Shown in pieces: positions 25,730 to 35,694 of a stretch of DNA of 64,000 bases (positions within the stretch are counted from its first letter, which is position 1; each line of letters opens with the position of its first letter). Source of the DNA: an uncultured Rickettsiales bacterium (GTDB lineage Bacteria; Myxococcota_A; UBA796; UBA9615; CAYRNR01); assembly GCA_964639985.1 (NCBI GenBank), contig CAZXHG010000013.1:1597-65596 (forward strand), given 5' to 3'. A model generated the notes under the pieces. It was not told the DNA's origin, did no database searches, and was given only the letters and a program-made list of their open reading frames with translations. A program made the translations under genes and the position numbers.

Positions 25730-26657
25730 CCGCCAGCGCCACCCACTCGTCGTCGCTGCGGCGTTCGGTCACGGCGAGCCCCGCGTCAGCGAATGCAGCG
25801 CGTACCTCGTCCTCCTGCTCGGCGAGCAGGCCCGAGCAGATCAGCACCCCGTCGTCTCGCAGGTGCGAGGCCAGGTTCGCGGCGGTCTCGCACAGGACCG
25901 GCGCCAGGATGTTGGCCAGGATCACGTCGTACCGCCCCTCGACCACGCTCAGGGTGCCCGCGCGAAGCGAGATCCGCGATCCGATGGCGTTGAGGTGCAG
26001 GTTGCGGGCGGCCACGGTGAGGGCGTCGGCGTCCACGTCCACCGCGACCACCGCGTCCGCGCCCAGCTTGATGGCGGCGATGGCCAGGATCCCGGTGCCG
26101 GTGCCCACGTCGAGCACGCGGCAGCCGGCGCGGTCCACCAGGGCGTCCTCCAGCAGCGCGAGGCAGGCCGCGGTGGTGAAGTGGGTCCCGGTGCCAAAGG
26201 CCATCGAGGGGTCGATCACGATCTCGGTGCGCGTGTCGTCGACCGCCTCGATCCAGGACGGACGCACGAACAGCGAGCGGCCGACCTCCACCCCCTCGAA
26301 GTGCTCCCGCCAGGCTTTACCCCAGTCCTCGGGGGGCACGCTGGCGTAGCGGGCGGGCGCGTCGGGCAAGCGCGGGAACAGCTCGGCGAAGCAGGCCAGG
26401 GCTGCGCGCAGCTGCCGGTCGATGCGTGGAGCGTCGGCGGGATCCGCGCGCAGGAATCCGATCACCTCCACCCTGCCCGACGGGGCGGGGGGCGGCGGCG
26501 CCCACTCGGTGGCGGCCACGGCCGGTCCTCCGCGGCGCAGCTCCGGGTAGTCCTCGCGGATCCCCTCGGCGCCGATCTCAAGGAGAATCCCGGCCACGGC
26601 GTCCGCGGCCGCGGCCGTGACCTCGACCTCCACCCGGATCCAGGAATCGTCGCTCAT
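25713..26657 (-). CDS. prmA: Ribosomal protein L11 methyltransferase
   Basis: EDWGKAW, IDPSMAFGTGTHFTT, VLDVGTGTGILAI, ANILA, SGLL. Confidence 0.95.
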   Translation of the reverse strand: MSDDSWIRVEVEVTAAAADAVAGILLEIGAEGIREDYPELRRGGPAVAATEWAPPPPAPSGRVEVIGFLRADPADAPRIDRQLRAALACFAELFPRLPDAPARYASVPPEDWGKAWREHFEGVEVGRSLFVRPSWIEAVDDTRTEIVIDPSMAFGTGTHFTTAACLALLEDALVDRAGCRVLDVGTGTGILAIAAIKLGADAVVAVDVDADALTVAARNLHLNAIGSRISLRAGTLSVVEGRYDVILANILAPVLCETAANLASHLRDDGVLICSGLLAEQEDEVRAAFADAGLAVTERRSDDEWVALAATPSA

Positions 26658-26658
26658 C

Positions 26659-27960
26659 TCACTCGTGGTACAGCAGGGGCGGCTCGAGCTCGGCGCCCTG
26701 CTCCGCCAGGAGATCGCGGATCAGCAGCTCGAGATAGGTGGTCGCCCCGGCGCCGCCGGGCAGGAGCTTGCCGTTGACGTACAGCGCCGGGGTCCCGGAG
26801 ACGCCCGACTCCCGACCGCTGAGTACGCTGGCCACGATGCGCTCGCGGACCGCGGCCTCCTCCAGGCAGTAGTAGAAGTCCTCGGCAGGCACCTCCAGCT
26901 CGTGGGCCAGGGCGCGGAAGTCCTCGGGCTGCGGTCGCGCGCGTTGCTGCGACAGCGTCGTGAACATGGTGAACAGCCCGTTGTACATCTCCCAGAACCG
27001 GCCGTGGCGGCCCGCGCATTCGGCCGCGTACGACGCCAGGCAGGCGTCCGGGTGCATGTTGTTGCTGTTGCCCGGGTTGCAGTCCGTACCCAGCGGGTAG
27101 TGGCGGAACACGAAGTGGATCTGGCCAGGGTACCGGTCCTTCAGGGCGTGCACCTGCGCGGAGCAGCGGGCGCACCACGGGCACTGGAAGTCCGCGTACT
27201 CGACCACGTGGAAGGGCGCGTCCGGCTCACCGAGGTAGTGCTCGTCCCAGGGCAGCTCGGCCAGGGTGGGGGCGGCGCCCTCGAAGTCCTCGATGAACTG
27301 GGCCCGGTTGCTGGCGATGGCGTCCTCGATGCCGCCCGAGTAGGTGAGCTGGCCCACGACCACGACCAGGGCGAACACCAGCCCGAAGACCAGCCAGTTG
27401 GCGTGTCGCAGCCCGCCGGCTACCCCATCGCGGAACAGGTGGCGGTACCCCTTCGTGCGAGCCAGCGGCGTGAGGATCAGCAGTAGCAGGGTGGCACCAT
27501 CGAGGGTCAGGCACACGATGCACCACGTCTGCAGGATCGCCTTCATCACGTAGATCAGCAGACCGTCGACCACGGCCGCGGGCAGCAGCAGCAGCCAGGC
27601 GAAGGCCAGGGTGTCGTCGCGGGCCTGGTCTGCGGGGTAGCTCCCGTCGCCGCGGCGCCACCAGCCCAGCAGGACCAGGGTCGCGAACCCGGCGAAGAAC
27701 CCCAGCGGCGGGATCGAGGTGGGCAGGGGCCAGCGGAACAGGAACACCTGCCACTCGGCGTAGTCGGATTCGCTGACCTTGGCGCAGTCGAAGGCCGTGC
27801 CCTCGACCGTGCACCAGCTCTCGTGGTCGGGGTCGGTGAGGACCTTGAGGTGCTCGACGGTGAGGTCGTAGGCTCCCCAGATCCCGACCGATGCCAGCAA
27901 CAGCAGCAGCGCGGCGATGATGTGGCGTCGCTTGCCCGGGCGCTTGATGTGCGTCATCAC
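26659..27960 (-). CDS. VKOR-DsbA (thioredoxin-like) fusion protein
   Basis: VKOR loop Cys pair SWC...DCAKV and WCIVC; C-terminal EYADFQCPWC, FRHYPL, GVSGTP. Confidence 0.9.
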   Translation of the reverse strand: MMTHIKRPGKRRHIIAALLLLLASVGIWGAYDLTVEHLKVLTDPDHESWCTVEGTAFDCAKVSESDYAEWQVFLFRWPLPTSIPPLGFFAGFATLVLLGWWRRGDGSYPADQARDDTLAFAWLLLLPAAVVDGLLIYVMKAILQTWCIVCLTLDGATLLLLILTPLARTKGYRHLFRDGVAGGLRHANWLVFGLVFALVVVVGQLTYSGGIEDAIASNRAQFIEDFEGAAPTLAELPWDEHYLGEPDAPFHVVEYADFQCPWCARCSAQVHALKDRYPGQIHFVFRHYPLGTDCNPGNSNNMHPDACLASYAAECAGRHGRFWEMYNGLFTMFTTLSQQRARPQPEDFRALAHELEVPAEDFYYCLEEAAVRERIVASVLSGRESGVSGTPALYVNGKLLPGGAGATTYLELLIRDLLAEQGAELEPPLLYHE

Positions 27961-28484
27961 GGGGTCTCTTCCAGCAGCGCGGCGACCTCGCGGCTGAGGC
28001 CCTCGAAGGTCGCCGAGTCGAATCCGTCGTAGCGTCCCCGGACCCTACCCTGCCGGTCCACGAGGATCGAGCGGGGGAGGGTGGAGACCTTGTAGGTGCC
28101 GGACACCTCGCCGTCGGCGTCCCATGCGACCGGGAAGCTGACCGGGACGGCGTCGAGGAACGCCGCTGCGTCACGCTGGTCCGCGTCCACGCTCACGCTG
28201 AGCACCACGAAGCCGTCGTCCTGGTAGCGGATCCACAGGGACTCCAGCTCCGGCATCTCCAGCCGGCAGGGAATGCACCACGAGGCCCAGAAGTTCACCA
28301 GCACGACCTGGCCCTCGTACGACTTCAGCGAGCGGTCCCGCGTGCCGTACAGGCCCCGCAGATCGATGTCCGGTGCCTGATCGCCAATGGCCAGGCCCAC
28401 GCCGGACTGTCCGCCCTTGCCACCACACGCGGGCAGCACGGCCATGGCCGGGAGCAGCAGCAACGTGATCGCGAGTCGCATCAT
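27957..28484 (-). CDS. TlpA/ResA-family thiol-disulfide reductase lipoprotein
   Basis: VLPAC lipobox; VNFWASWCIPC..EMP; cis-Pro LP. Confidence 0.92.
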   Translation of the reverse strand: MMRLAITLLLLPAMAVLPACGGKGGQSGVGLAIGDQAPDIDLRGLYGTRDRSLKSYEGQVVLVNFWASWCIPCRLEMPELESLWIRYQDDGFVVLSVSVDADQRDAAAFLDAVPVSFPVAWDADGEVSGTYKVSTLPRSILVDRQGRVRGRYDGFDSATFEGLSREVAALLEETP

Positions 28485-28507
28485 CGGGGCTCCGGAGATG
28501 TCGGAGG

Positions 28508-28536
28508 ATACTGGATCCTCCCGCGCGTGCTGTCAA
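28508..28536 (-). promoter_or_regulatory. Putative sigma70 promoter (TTGACA-17-CAGTAT)
   Basis: -35 at 28536-28531, -10 at 28513-28508, upstream of the TlpA start. Confidence 0.45.
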
Positions 28537-28581
28537 TGCGGTCACCTGCGGGATCGAGGGGCGCCTGCGCGCGAAACGCAC

Positions 28582-29460
28582 TCAGCGTACGCGCAGCGCC
28601 TGCACCTGGTGCACCCCGTCGCCGCAGCCGCTGGGCTGGCCCACGTGCAGCCCGGTCACCTGCATGTCCGACCAGAACACCCAGGTCCCGGGATCCATCC
28701 GCACGGCGTCGTCCGCGGCCAGGACCACTGCGGCCTGCCCGGAGTGCAGGCGCATACCGATGGTGTGGGCCCCTTCGACCTGGTCCGGGATCGCACAGTC
28801 GACCATGATCGGCACACCTGGCTGGACCATCACGTCGGCCTGCCGCTCGCCGCAGGTGACCCGATGCTGCCCCAGGGGCAGACCGGGCATCACCAGCGGT
28901 GCCAGGCCTCGAGGGCGGCCGTCGACCCACACCGGCTGGCCGCGTCCCTGCACCCGCAGGGCGCCGATCTGCTGGCCGGCCGCGAGGTCCCGCGCCCGAA
29001 CCCGGGTGCCCTCGGCGAAGCGGCCGGCTGGCAGATCTCGCTCCGGGCGGGCGCCCAGGAGGGCGGACAGGGCCTGACGCAACGCGGCGTCGTCCTCCAG
29101 TCCCCACGCCACACGCACGGCGTCGTCGCAGGCTGCCTCCCAGGTCGACCACGCCGCCGGAGCATCTCCGTTCGGCCGGGCGCCGGTGCATGCGCGCAGG
29201 TAGGCGCGAAGGGCGGAGGGCAGGTCGAAGTCGGCCTCCTGTCCCGCACCCTCGGCGCGCGCCTGCCGAAGGTCGGCATCCGTGGCCGTGTCGGGGGGAG
29301 GGGCCTCCGCCGTGGCCGACGGCAGCGCCGCGTCGACCTCGGCGGACCAGATCCGGGCATCCTCGACCGCGACCGTGCCGGCGCGCGCGCGCTGGGGGAG
29401 GACGTCGCCGGCGGCCGACGCCGGGATCAGCAGGATCAGCGCGAGCGCGGCCCCCCTCAC
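28582..29460 (-). CDS. Hypothetical exported protein with PEGA-like domain
   Basis: GTG overlaps the smpB stop (GTGA); signal peptide; VWVDGRPRGLAP..LPLGQHRV is PEGA-like. Confidence 0.6.
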   Translation of the reverse strand: MRGAALALILLIPASAAGDVLPQRARAGTVAVEDARIWSAEVDAALPSATAEAPPPDTATDADLRQARAEGAGQEADFDLPSALRAYLRACTGARPNGDAPAAWSTWEAACDDAVRVAWGLEDDAALRQALSALLGARPERDLPAGRFAEGTRVRARDLAAGQQIGALRVQGRGQPVWVDGRPRGLAPLVMPGLPLGQHRVTCGERQADVMVQPGVPIMVDCAIPDQVEGAHTIGMRLHSGQAAVVLAADDAVRMDPGTWVFWSDMQVTGLHVGQPSGCGDGVHQVQALRVR

Positions 29461-29918
29461 GACTCCCGCGCCCTCCGCAGGGCGCGCTCCATGTCCCGGT
29501 CCGCCTCCTTGCGGCGGATGTCCGCCCGCCGATCGTGCAGCTTCTTTCCCTTGCCGAGGCCGAGCTCGACCTTGGCGTGAGCGCCCCGGAAGTACAGGTG
29601 CATGGGTATCAACGAGTAGCCTCGCTCGGTGACCTTGCCCATCAGCCGCTTGATCTGACGAGCCCGCAGCAGCAGCTTCCGCTCCCGCAGGGGGTCGTGG
29701 TTGAGGCGATTGGCCTCGGTGTAGGGCGAGATGTGGCAGCCGATCAGGAACGCCTCGCCCCCGCGGAACTGCACGTACGCGTCGCCGATGTCGACCGTGC
29801 CGGCGCGCAGGGACTTCACCTCGGAACCGACGAGGACCAGCCCCGCCTCCACGGTCTCCTCGACATCGTACTCCCGCCTTGCCTTGCGGTTGACCGAGAT
29901 GGTACGGATATCGGTCAA
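29457..29918 (-). CDS. smpB: SsrA-binding protein
   Basis: NRKARREY, EAGLVLVGSEVKSLR, HISPY, RKLLL, GKKLHDRR; TTG start with GGAGG. Confidence 0.97.
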   Translation of the reverse strand: MTDIRTISVNRKARREYDVEETVEAGLVLVGSEVKSLRAGTVDIGDAYVQFRGGEAFLIGCHISPYTEANRLNHDPLRERKLLLRARQIKRLMGKVTERGYSLIPMHLYFRGAHAKVELGLGKGKKLHDRRADIRRKEADRDMERALRRARES

Positions 29919-30133
29919 GGGGCATGCCTCCAGGAGGGTGATGATACCTTCCCTCGGTCGGGGTGGCTCGGTGACCCCGGGACGAATCGCCCATCTGAAC
30001 GGATGTACAGCCCCATATCTTGTGGTGAGAGAGGTGCATGACCCCAACATCTGGTATGGCCTGAAAAAGGTCAAAAAAGCCAGTGATTCCGGGCACTTGA
30101 GGGGCCCCCAGTTTCTCCTTTTTTTTACCCCCC

Positions 30134-30210
30134 TTGGGGGGGAAATGGGTTAGCATGGGGACGCGTGGCACAAGATGGTAAACGGTAGGAATTCGCGGCA
30201 GGAAGTGGTC
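30134..30210 (+). promoter_or_regulatory. MraZ operator array: TGG-core repeats phased at 10 bp
   Basis: TGG at 30146, 30156, 30166, 30176 and 30206; variants TAG at 30186 and CGG at 30196; TGG at 30135; immediately upstream of mraZ. Confidence 0.75.
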
Positions 30211-30235
30211 GCGGCGGACGGGCGGGTGCGCGGTC

Positions 30236-30700
30236 GTGCTGGGTGTACAGGGGCAGAGTCAGGGCAAGTTCGATGACCGGGGGCGGATCCCCCTGGGATC
30301 GAAGCTCAAGGAGGCGCTCCGGGCCCACGGCCACCACTCCATCGTCCTGACCTACAACGACGGCGCGGTCCAGGGCTTCACCCTCGACCAGTGGCGACGG
30401 CTCGAGCGGAAGGTCGCTCGCCAGCCTCGCTTCAACAAGGCAGCGCGCTCGTTCCAGCTGCTGTTCATGGGCATCGCCAACGAGGTGCCGGTGGACAAGC
30501 AGGGGCGAGTGCTGGTGCCGCAACACCTGCGCAAGCGTGCCGGTCTGGGCAAGGAGGCCGTGGTGCTCTCCTTCATGGACACCCTGGAGATCTGGGATCC
30601 GGACCGGCTGGAGACGCGGCGCGAGGAGGAAGCGGCGACAACGGATATCGGGGGCTTCCTGGACGACCTGGTGGTCCCCATGGACGACGAGGATGAATGA
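30236..30700 (+). CDS. mraZ: Division/cell-wall cluster repressor MraZ
   Basis: Two DxxGR motifs (DDRGRI, DKQGRV), LEIWD; first gene of the dcw cluster. Confidence 0.93.
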   Translation: MLGVQGQSQGKFDDRGRIPLGSKLKEALRAHGHHSIVLTYNDGAVQGFTLDQWRRLERKVARQPRFNKAARSFQLLFMGIANEVPVDKQGRVLVPQHLRKRAGLGKEAVVLSFMDTLEIWDPDRLETRREEEAATTDIGGFLDDLVVPMDDEDE

Positions 30701-31673
30701 ACGTGTTCGCCACCAGCCGGTCATGCTCTCCGAGACGGTCGAGGCCCTCGTCGTCGCGGGAGAGGGGCGTTATCTCGACGCCACGGCCGGCTGGGGCGGG
30801 CACGCGGAGGCGATAGCCCGGCGCCTGGGCGACTCCGGTCGCCTGCTGGCGTTGGACCGGGACCCTGCAGCAGTAGAAGCGGTATGCAGAAGGCTGGCGG
30901 AATTCGGAGAGCGGGTGCAGGTGCTGAGGAGCTCATACAGCAGGATGGCGGAGCAGGCCCGGGCGCTGGGGTGGCATCACGGTTCCCTCCGGGGGATCGT
31001 GATGGACCTCGGCGTGGGCTCCCACCAGTTGGACGACCCCGACCGCGGCTTCGCTTTCTCCCACGACGGCGAGCTCGACATGCGCTACCACCGCGAGCAG
31101 GGCCCCACGGCCGCGGACCTGGTCAACGACCTCGACGAACGCGAGCTGGCCGACACCCTGTGGCGTTACGGCGAGGAGCGAGGCTCCCGCCGCGTGGCGC
31201 GGGCGATCGTGCGGCGGCGACGCACGACCCCGTTCCGGCGCACCTCCGACCTGGCCGACGTGGTCTCGGCCGCGCTGGGAGGCCGGCGTGGCCGGCGCAC
31301 CCACCCGGCGACGCGCACCTTCCAGGCGCTGCGGATACGCGTCAATGGCGAGCTCGACGAGCTGCGGCGGGCCCTGCCCCAGGCCGTGCAGCTGCTCGCC
31401 CCTGGCGGCCGCCTGGCCGTGCTGAGCTTCCACTCGCTCGAGGATCGAGTGGTCAAGAACTTCCTGCGCGAGCAGGAGAACCCATGTACCTGCCCCCCCG
31501 ATCTCGGGGCCTGTGTCTGTCGGCGGATGCCGACGTTGAAGCGGATGCGGAAGAGGGCCTTCAAGCCCTCGGCTGAAGAGGTGAACCTCAACCCGCGGGC
31601 GCGTTCCGCCCTGCTCCGGGTCGCCGTACGGACGGAGCCTGCTCGCGGTGAGGTGCTGGACCGGAAGCAGTAG
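30693..31673 (+). CDS. rsmH: 16S rRNA m4C1402 methyltransferase
   Basis: HQPVM, DATAGWGGH, DLGVGSHQLD, HPATRTFQALRI, SFHSLEDR, NPRARSA. Confidence 0.97.
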   Translation: MNERVRHQPVMLSETVEALVVAGEGRYLDATAGWGGHAEAIARRLGDSGRLLALDRDPAAVEAVCRRLAEFGERVQVLRSSYSRMAEQARALGWHHGSLRGIVMDLGVGSHQLDDPDRGFAFSHDGELDMRYHREQGPTAADLVNDLDERELADTLWRYGEERGSRRVARAIVRRRRTTPFRRTSDLADVVSAALGGRRGRRTHPATRTFQALRIRVNGELDELRRALPQAVQLLAPGGRLAVLSFHSLEDRVVKNFLREQENPCTCPPDLGACVCRRMPTLKRMRKRAFKPSAEEVNLNPRARSALLRVAVRTEPARGEVLDRKQ

Positions 31674-31691
31674 AGGACGAGGTTGCTGACG

Positions 31692-32021
31692 ATGGACGGC
31701 AGACACGAGGACCGGAGATCGGGGGCGGTGGGCGCGGAGCGCGTCCGCCCGACGCACGGGACCTGGACACGCTGGGTTCCCTGGATCGCGCTGGTGTACA
31801 TCCTGCTGGGGGGCCTGTTCGTGGCGTGGGCCAAGATGGAGACCACCCAGCTGACGTACGAGGTGCACCAGCTTCGCAGTCAGCAATCGGAGTTGCAGCG
31901 GGAGCACCGCTTGCTCAACGCGGAGCTCGCCTCCTTGCGCGCGCCCGCGTACCTCAGTCAACGCGCAGACGAGATCGGTCTGCAGGAGGCCTCCGCTGGC
32001 GCTGTACGCCGCGTGGAGTGA
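31692..32021 (+). CDS. ftsL: Cell division protein FtsL
   Basis: One TM helix plus coiled coil ending LRAP..L...A.EIGL; position between rsmH and ftsI. Confidence 0.85.
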   Translation: MDGRHEDRRSGAVGAERVRPTHGTWTRWVPWIALVYILLGGLFVAWAKMETTQLTYEVHQLRSQQSELQREHRLLNAELASLRAPAYLSQRADEIGLQEASAGAVRRVE

Positions 32022-32038
32022 GAAGGGCTCGGGGGGTC

Positions 32039-34183
32039 ATGGCAGGCCGCAGAACGTTCGACCGGAACCTCGGAACCCCTCGCAGGCCATCCCCGACGAC
32101 CCGGCCTCGCACCACCGGCCGACGGGTGGTGCACTGGCGCTCCCAGGCCGTCCTGCTGCTGTTCGCGCTCGGATTCGGCCTGCTCGCCTACCGCACCGTT
32201 TCCCTGATGGTCGTCCCGGATCCGCAGCTCGAGGAGCGGATCACGAGACAGTACGAGAGCCCGGTGACGCTGCATCCCAAGCGGGGCGCGATCCTGGACC
32301 GCGCGGGCCGGGAACTGGCCGTGTCGGTCACACTGGATTCGATCTTCGCGGACCCGGCGCTCGTGGAAGACCCGATCGCAACGGCGCAGCAACTGGCGCC
32401 GGTGCTCGACCTGTCGCCGCAGGAGCTGGAGCAGGCGCTGCGCCGTGAGCGGAGGTTCGTGTGGTTGAAGCGGCAGGTCGACCCGGACGTCAGCGACGAG
32501 GTGCGGGCGCTGGGGCTCGACGGTGTGCGATGCACACCGGAGGCGAAGCGGCACTACCCCAATGGCATGCTGGCCGGCCAGATCCTCGGCTTCGTGGGTG
32601 TGGACGGCAACGGCCTCGAGGGGCTGGAGGCCCGCTACGACGAGATCCTGATGGGGGAGAAGGAGACCTACGTCTCCCTGCGTGACGGCCGTCGCCGCAA
32701 CATCACGCCCCAGGGGGTGGTGGTCAAGCGCTCCACCGAGGGGCACACCGTCCGGCTGACCATCGACCGGCACATCCAGTTCATCGCCGAGGAGGCGCTG
32801 GGGCGGGCGGTGGAGCTGTACCGCCCCAAGGGTGCGTTCGTGATCGTGATGGACCCCCACACCGGGGACCTGCTGGCCATCGCCAACGCGCCGACGTTCG
32901 ATCCCAACGAGTTCGGTGAATTCGATCGTGCCAGCTTCCGCAACCGCGCGGTCAGCGACTCGTTCGAGCCGGGCTCCACCATGAAGCCCTTCCTCGTCGC
33001 CACGGCGCTCGACCTCGGGCTGGTCACACCGCAGATGGTGTTCGACTGCGAGCACGGCGCGTACCGTATCGGCCGCAACACGATCCACGACACCCACGCC
33101 TACGACCTGATGACCGTGGACGAGATCCTGCAGGTCTCGTCCAACATCGGGTCGGCCAAGATCGCCGAGAAGGTCACCCCAGAGGGCCTGCACGACGCCT
33201 ACGCCCGGCTCGGCTTCGGGCGCTCCAGCGGGGTCGACCTGGCCGGTGAGTCCGGGGGGATCCTGCGGGACTGGCGGAGCTGGCGCCGCATCGGCCTGGC
33301 GACCCACGCCTTCGGCCAGGGCATCTCCGTCACCGGGATCCAGCTCGCGTCTGCGCTCAGCGCCGTGGCCAACGGCGGCACCCTGCTGCAGCCCCGGATC
33401 ATCCACGAGGTGCGGGACCGGCACGCCGAGCTCGTCGATGCCCGCGAGCCCGTGGCCGTGGACAGCTGCTTCGACGCCGACGCCGCACACGAGGTGCGCC
33501 GGATGATGGGCCTGGTCGTGGGGGAGGGCGGGACCGGGACGCGTGCGCGCCTGGATCGGTACTCCTGCGGTGGCAAGACCGGCACCGCCCAGAAGGTCAA
33601 CTCGGCCACCGGGCGCTACGACCGCACCATGTGGGTCAGCTCGTTCATCGGGTTCGCGCCGCTGGAGGATCCCCAGGTCGTGGTGGTCGTGGTGGTGGAC
33701 GAGCCCCAGGGCAAGCACTACGGCGGCACGGTCGCCGGCCCGGTGTTCAAGGAGGTGACCACCCGCACGCTGCAGTACCTGGGCGTGACGCCGCTCCCCG
33801 AGCCGGCGCCGGACGAGCTGCTCGCCGAACAGGTCGAGCAGCTCCAGCAGCAGGACGACCCGGACCCTTGTTCGCCGGAGTCGGACGCATCGGCGATGCG
33901 CGGCGCCGACGACCCGGGCCAGGAGGTGGACGTCGTCCCGCTCACCGAGGGCGACCTGGCCCTGTCCGTGGACGACCTCACCGACGATCTCGACGGCGAG
34001 GAGGCCATGCCCGACCTCGCCGGCCTGACCATCCGGGCAGCCGTGGCCCGGCTCGCCGAACGCGAGGTGGCGCTGCGCATCGAGGGCAGCGGCCGACTGG
34101 TCGAACAGCTTCCGCCCGCAGGCGCTCCGTTGCGCGAGGGCGACGAGGTGAGCCTCACGTTCGGGGAGGCGCAGCCGCAGTGA
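32039..34183 (+). CDS. ftsI: Penicillin-binding protein FtsI/PBP3 with C-terminal PASTA domain
   Basis: RGAILDR, EPGSTMK (SxxK), SSN (SxN), KTGTAQK, acidic linker, MPDLAGL PASTA start. Confidence 0.95.
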   Translation: MAGRRTFDRNLGTPRRPSPTTRPRTTGRRVVHWRSQAVLLLFALGFGLLAYRTVSLMVVPDPQLEERITRQYESPVTLHPKRGAILDRAGRELAVSVTLDSIFADPALVEDPIATAQQLAPVLDLSPQELEQALRRERRFVWLKRQVDPDVSDEVRALGLDGVRCTPEAKRHYPNGMLAGQILGFVGVDGNGLEGLEARYDEILMGEKETYVSLRDGRRRNITPQGVVVKRSTEGHTVRLTIDRHIQFIAEEALGRAVELYRPKGAFVIVMDPHTGDLLAIANAPTFDPNEFGEFDRASFRNRAVSDSFEPGSTMKPFLVATALDLGLVTPQMVFDCEHGAYRIGRNTIHDTHAYDLMTVDEILQVSSNIGSAKIAEKVTPEGLHDAYARLGFGRSSGVDLAGESGGILRDWRSWRRIGLATHAFGQGISVTGIQLASALSAVANGGTLLQPRIIHEVRDRHAELVDAREPVAVDSCFDADAAHEVRRMMGLVVGEGGTGTRARLDRYSCGGKTGTAQKVNSATGRYDRTMWVSSFIGFAPLEDPQVVVVVVVDEPQGKHYGGTVAGPVFKEVTTRTLQYLGVTPLPEPAPDELLAEQVEQLQQQDDPDPCSPESDASAMRGADDPGQEVDVVPLTEGDLALSVDDLTDDLDGEEAMPDLAGLTIRAAVARLAEREVALRIEGSGRLVEQLPPAGAPLREGDEVSLTFGEAQPQ

Positions 34184-35694
34184 AGATCCTGGCCCTGGAC
34201 GAGGCGGCCGCTGCCGTGCCGGAGGCGCGGATCAGCGGGCCGGCGAGTGGCACGATCGTGTCGCTGGCCTACGACTCGAGGTCGGTGGTGCCCGGCGGGC
34301 TGTTCGCGGCCATCCCGGGCACGCTGACCGACGGGCACCGCTTCATCGGTGCGGCCGTGGAGGCCGGCGCCACCGCCGTCGTGCTGGAGCGGCCCGTGGC
34401 CGACCTGCCCGACCACGTGACCGTCCTGCACGTCCCCGATGCCCGGCGCGCCCTGGCGCGCATCGCCGCCGCGTTCCACGGTGATCCCTCTCGTCGCCTG
34501 GCCCTCGCCGGCGTGACGGGGACCAACGGCAAGACCACCATCACCTACCTCGTCGAGGCGATCCTGCAGCGCGCCGGCCGCACGGTGGGAGCCGTCGGGA
34601 CCACCGGCATCCGGCTCGCTGGCCGCGTACGACCGGCCACGCACACCACACCGGAGGGGCCCGAACTGCAGGCCGCGCTGGCCCAGATGCGGGACGCGGG
34701 TGTGGACGCGGTCGTGATGGAGGTCAGCTCCCATGCCCTGCAGCAGGGGCGCGCCGTGGGCTGTCACCTGGACGTGGCCGCATTCGCCAACCTCAGCCGC
34801 GACCACCTGGACTTCCACGGCGACATGGCGCGATACCTCGAGGCCAAGAAGCGCATCGTGTCCGAGCTGCTGGCCTGCAGCGACAAGCCCCGACGTCGCC
34901 TGGTGGTCAACGTGGACGATCCCGAGGGGGAGGGATTCGTGGCTGGCTGGCGCGACGTGATCCGCGTGTCCGCTGGCGCCGTGACCGCGGCGGACGTGGT
35001 CCCGAGCGAGGTCGCGTTCGATCTCGAGGGGATCCGAGGGCAGCTGGTCACGCCGGCGGGACCGATCCGGCTGGAGTGCTCCCTGGTGGGGGCCTTCAAC
35101 CTGGCCAACGTGGTCGTGGCCACGGGGATCGCGCTGGCGCTGGACGTCCATCCGGATGCCATCGCCGACGGGCTGCGGGCCGTGCGCCGCGTGCCCGGGC
35201 GGCTGGAGCCGGTGACGCTGCCGCGCGGGCCAGGCCCCAGCGTGGACGTGCCCACCGTACTCGTGGACTACGCGCATTCGCCCGACGCCCTGCAACGGGT
35301 GCTGGCCGCGCTGCGACCCCTGGTGCCCGGACGCATCGTGACGGTGTTTGGCTGCGGTGGCGACCGCGACCGCGGCAAGCGACCGCTGATGGGTGAGGCC
35401 GCCGCGGGCGGCTCGGACCTGTCCGTGGTGACCACCGACAACCCACGCAGCGAGGACCCCGCGGCCATCATCGCCGAGGTCCTGCCCGGCGTGCAGCGGA
35501 CGGGCGGCGATCACCTCGTGGAGGTTGATCGCCGCCGCGCGATCCATCGGGCCGTGGCCGAGGCGGACCCGGCGGACCTGGTGCTGGTCGCGGGCAAGGG
35601 GCACGAGCAGGTGCAGGTCGTGGGAGACCACGCCCACCGGTTCGACGATCGGGACGTGGCGCTCGAGGCGCTCGAGCGACGGGTGACCCCATGA
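34180..35694 (+). CDS. murE: UDP-MurNAc-tripeptide synthetase (meso-DAP type)
   Basis: GVTGTNGKTT, HTTPE, MEVSSHA, DYAHSPD, GCGGDRD, DNPR (DAP specificity motif), AGKGHE. Confidence 0.97.
   Translation: MKILALDEAAAAVPEARISGPASGTIVSLAYDSRSVVPGGLFAAIPGTLTDGHRFIGAAVEAGATAVVLERPVADLPDHVTVLHVPDARRALARIAAAFHGDPSRRLALAGVTGTNGKTTITYLVEAILQRAGRTVGAVGTTGIRLAGRVRPATHTTPEGPELQAALAQMRDAGVDAVVMEVSSHALQQGRAVGCHLDVAAFANLSRDHLDFHGDMARYLEAKKRIVSELLACSDKPRRRLVVNVDDPEGEGFVAGWRDVIRVSAGAVTAADVVPSEVAFDLEGIRGQLVTPAGPIRLECSLVGAFNLANVVVATGIALALDVHPDAIADGLRAVRRVPGRLEPVTLPRGPGPSVDVPTVLVDYAHSPDALQRVLAALRPLVPGRIVTVFGCGGDRDRGKRPLMGEAAAGGSDLSVVTTDNPRSEDPAAIIAEVLPGVQRTGGDHLVEVDRRRAIHRAVAEADPADLVLVAGKGHEQVQVVGDHAHRFDDRDVALEALERRVTP

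Noticed and set aside
29919-30133. tmRNA gene next to smpB
   Set aside because: No GGGG 5' end, tag reading frame or TCCACCA 3' end was found here or elsewhere in the window.
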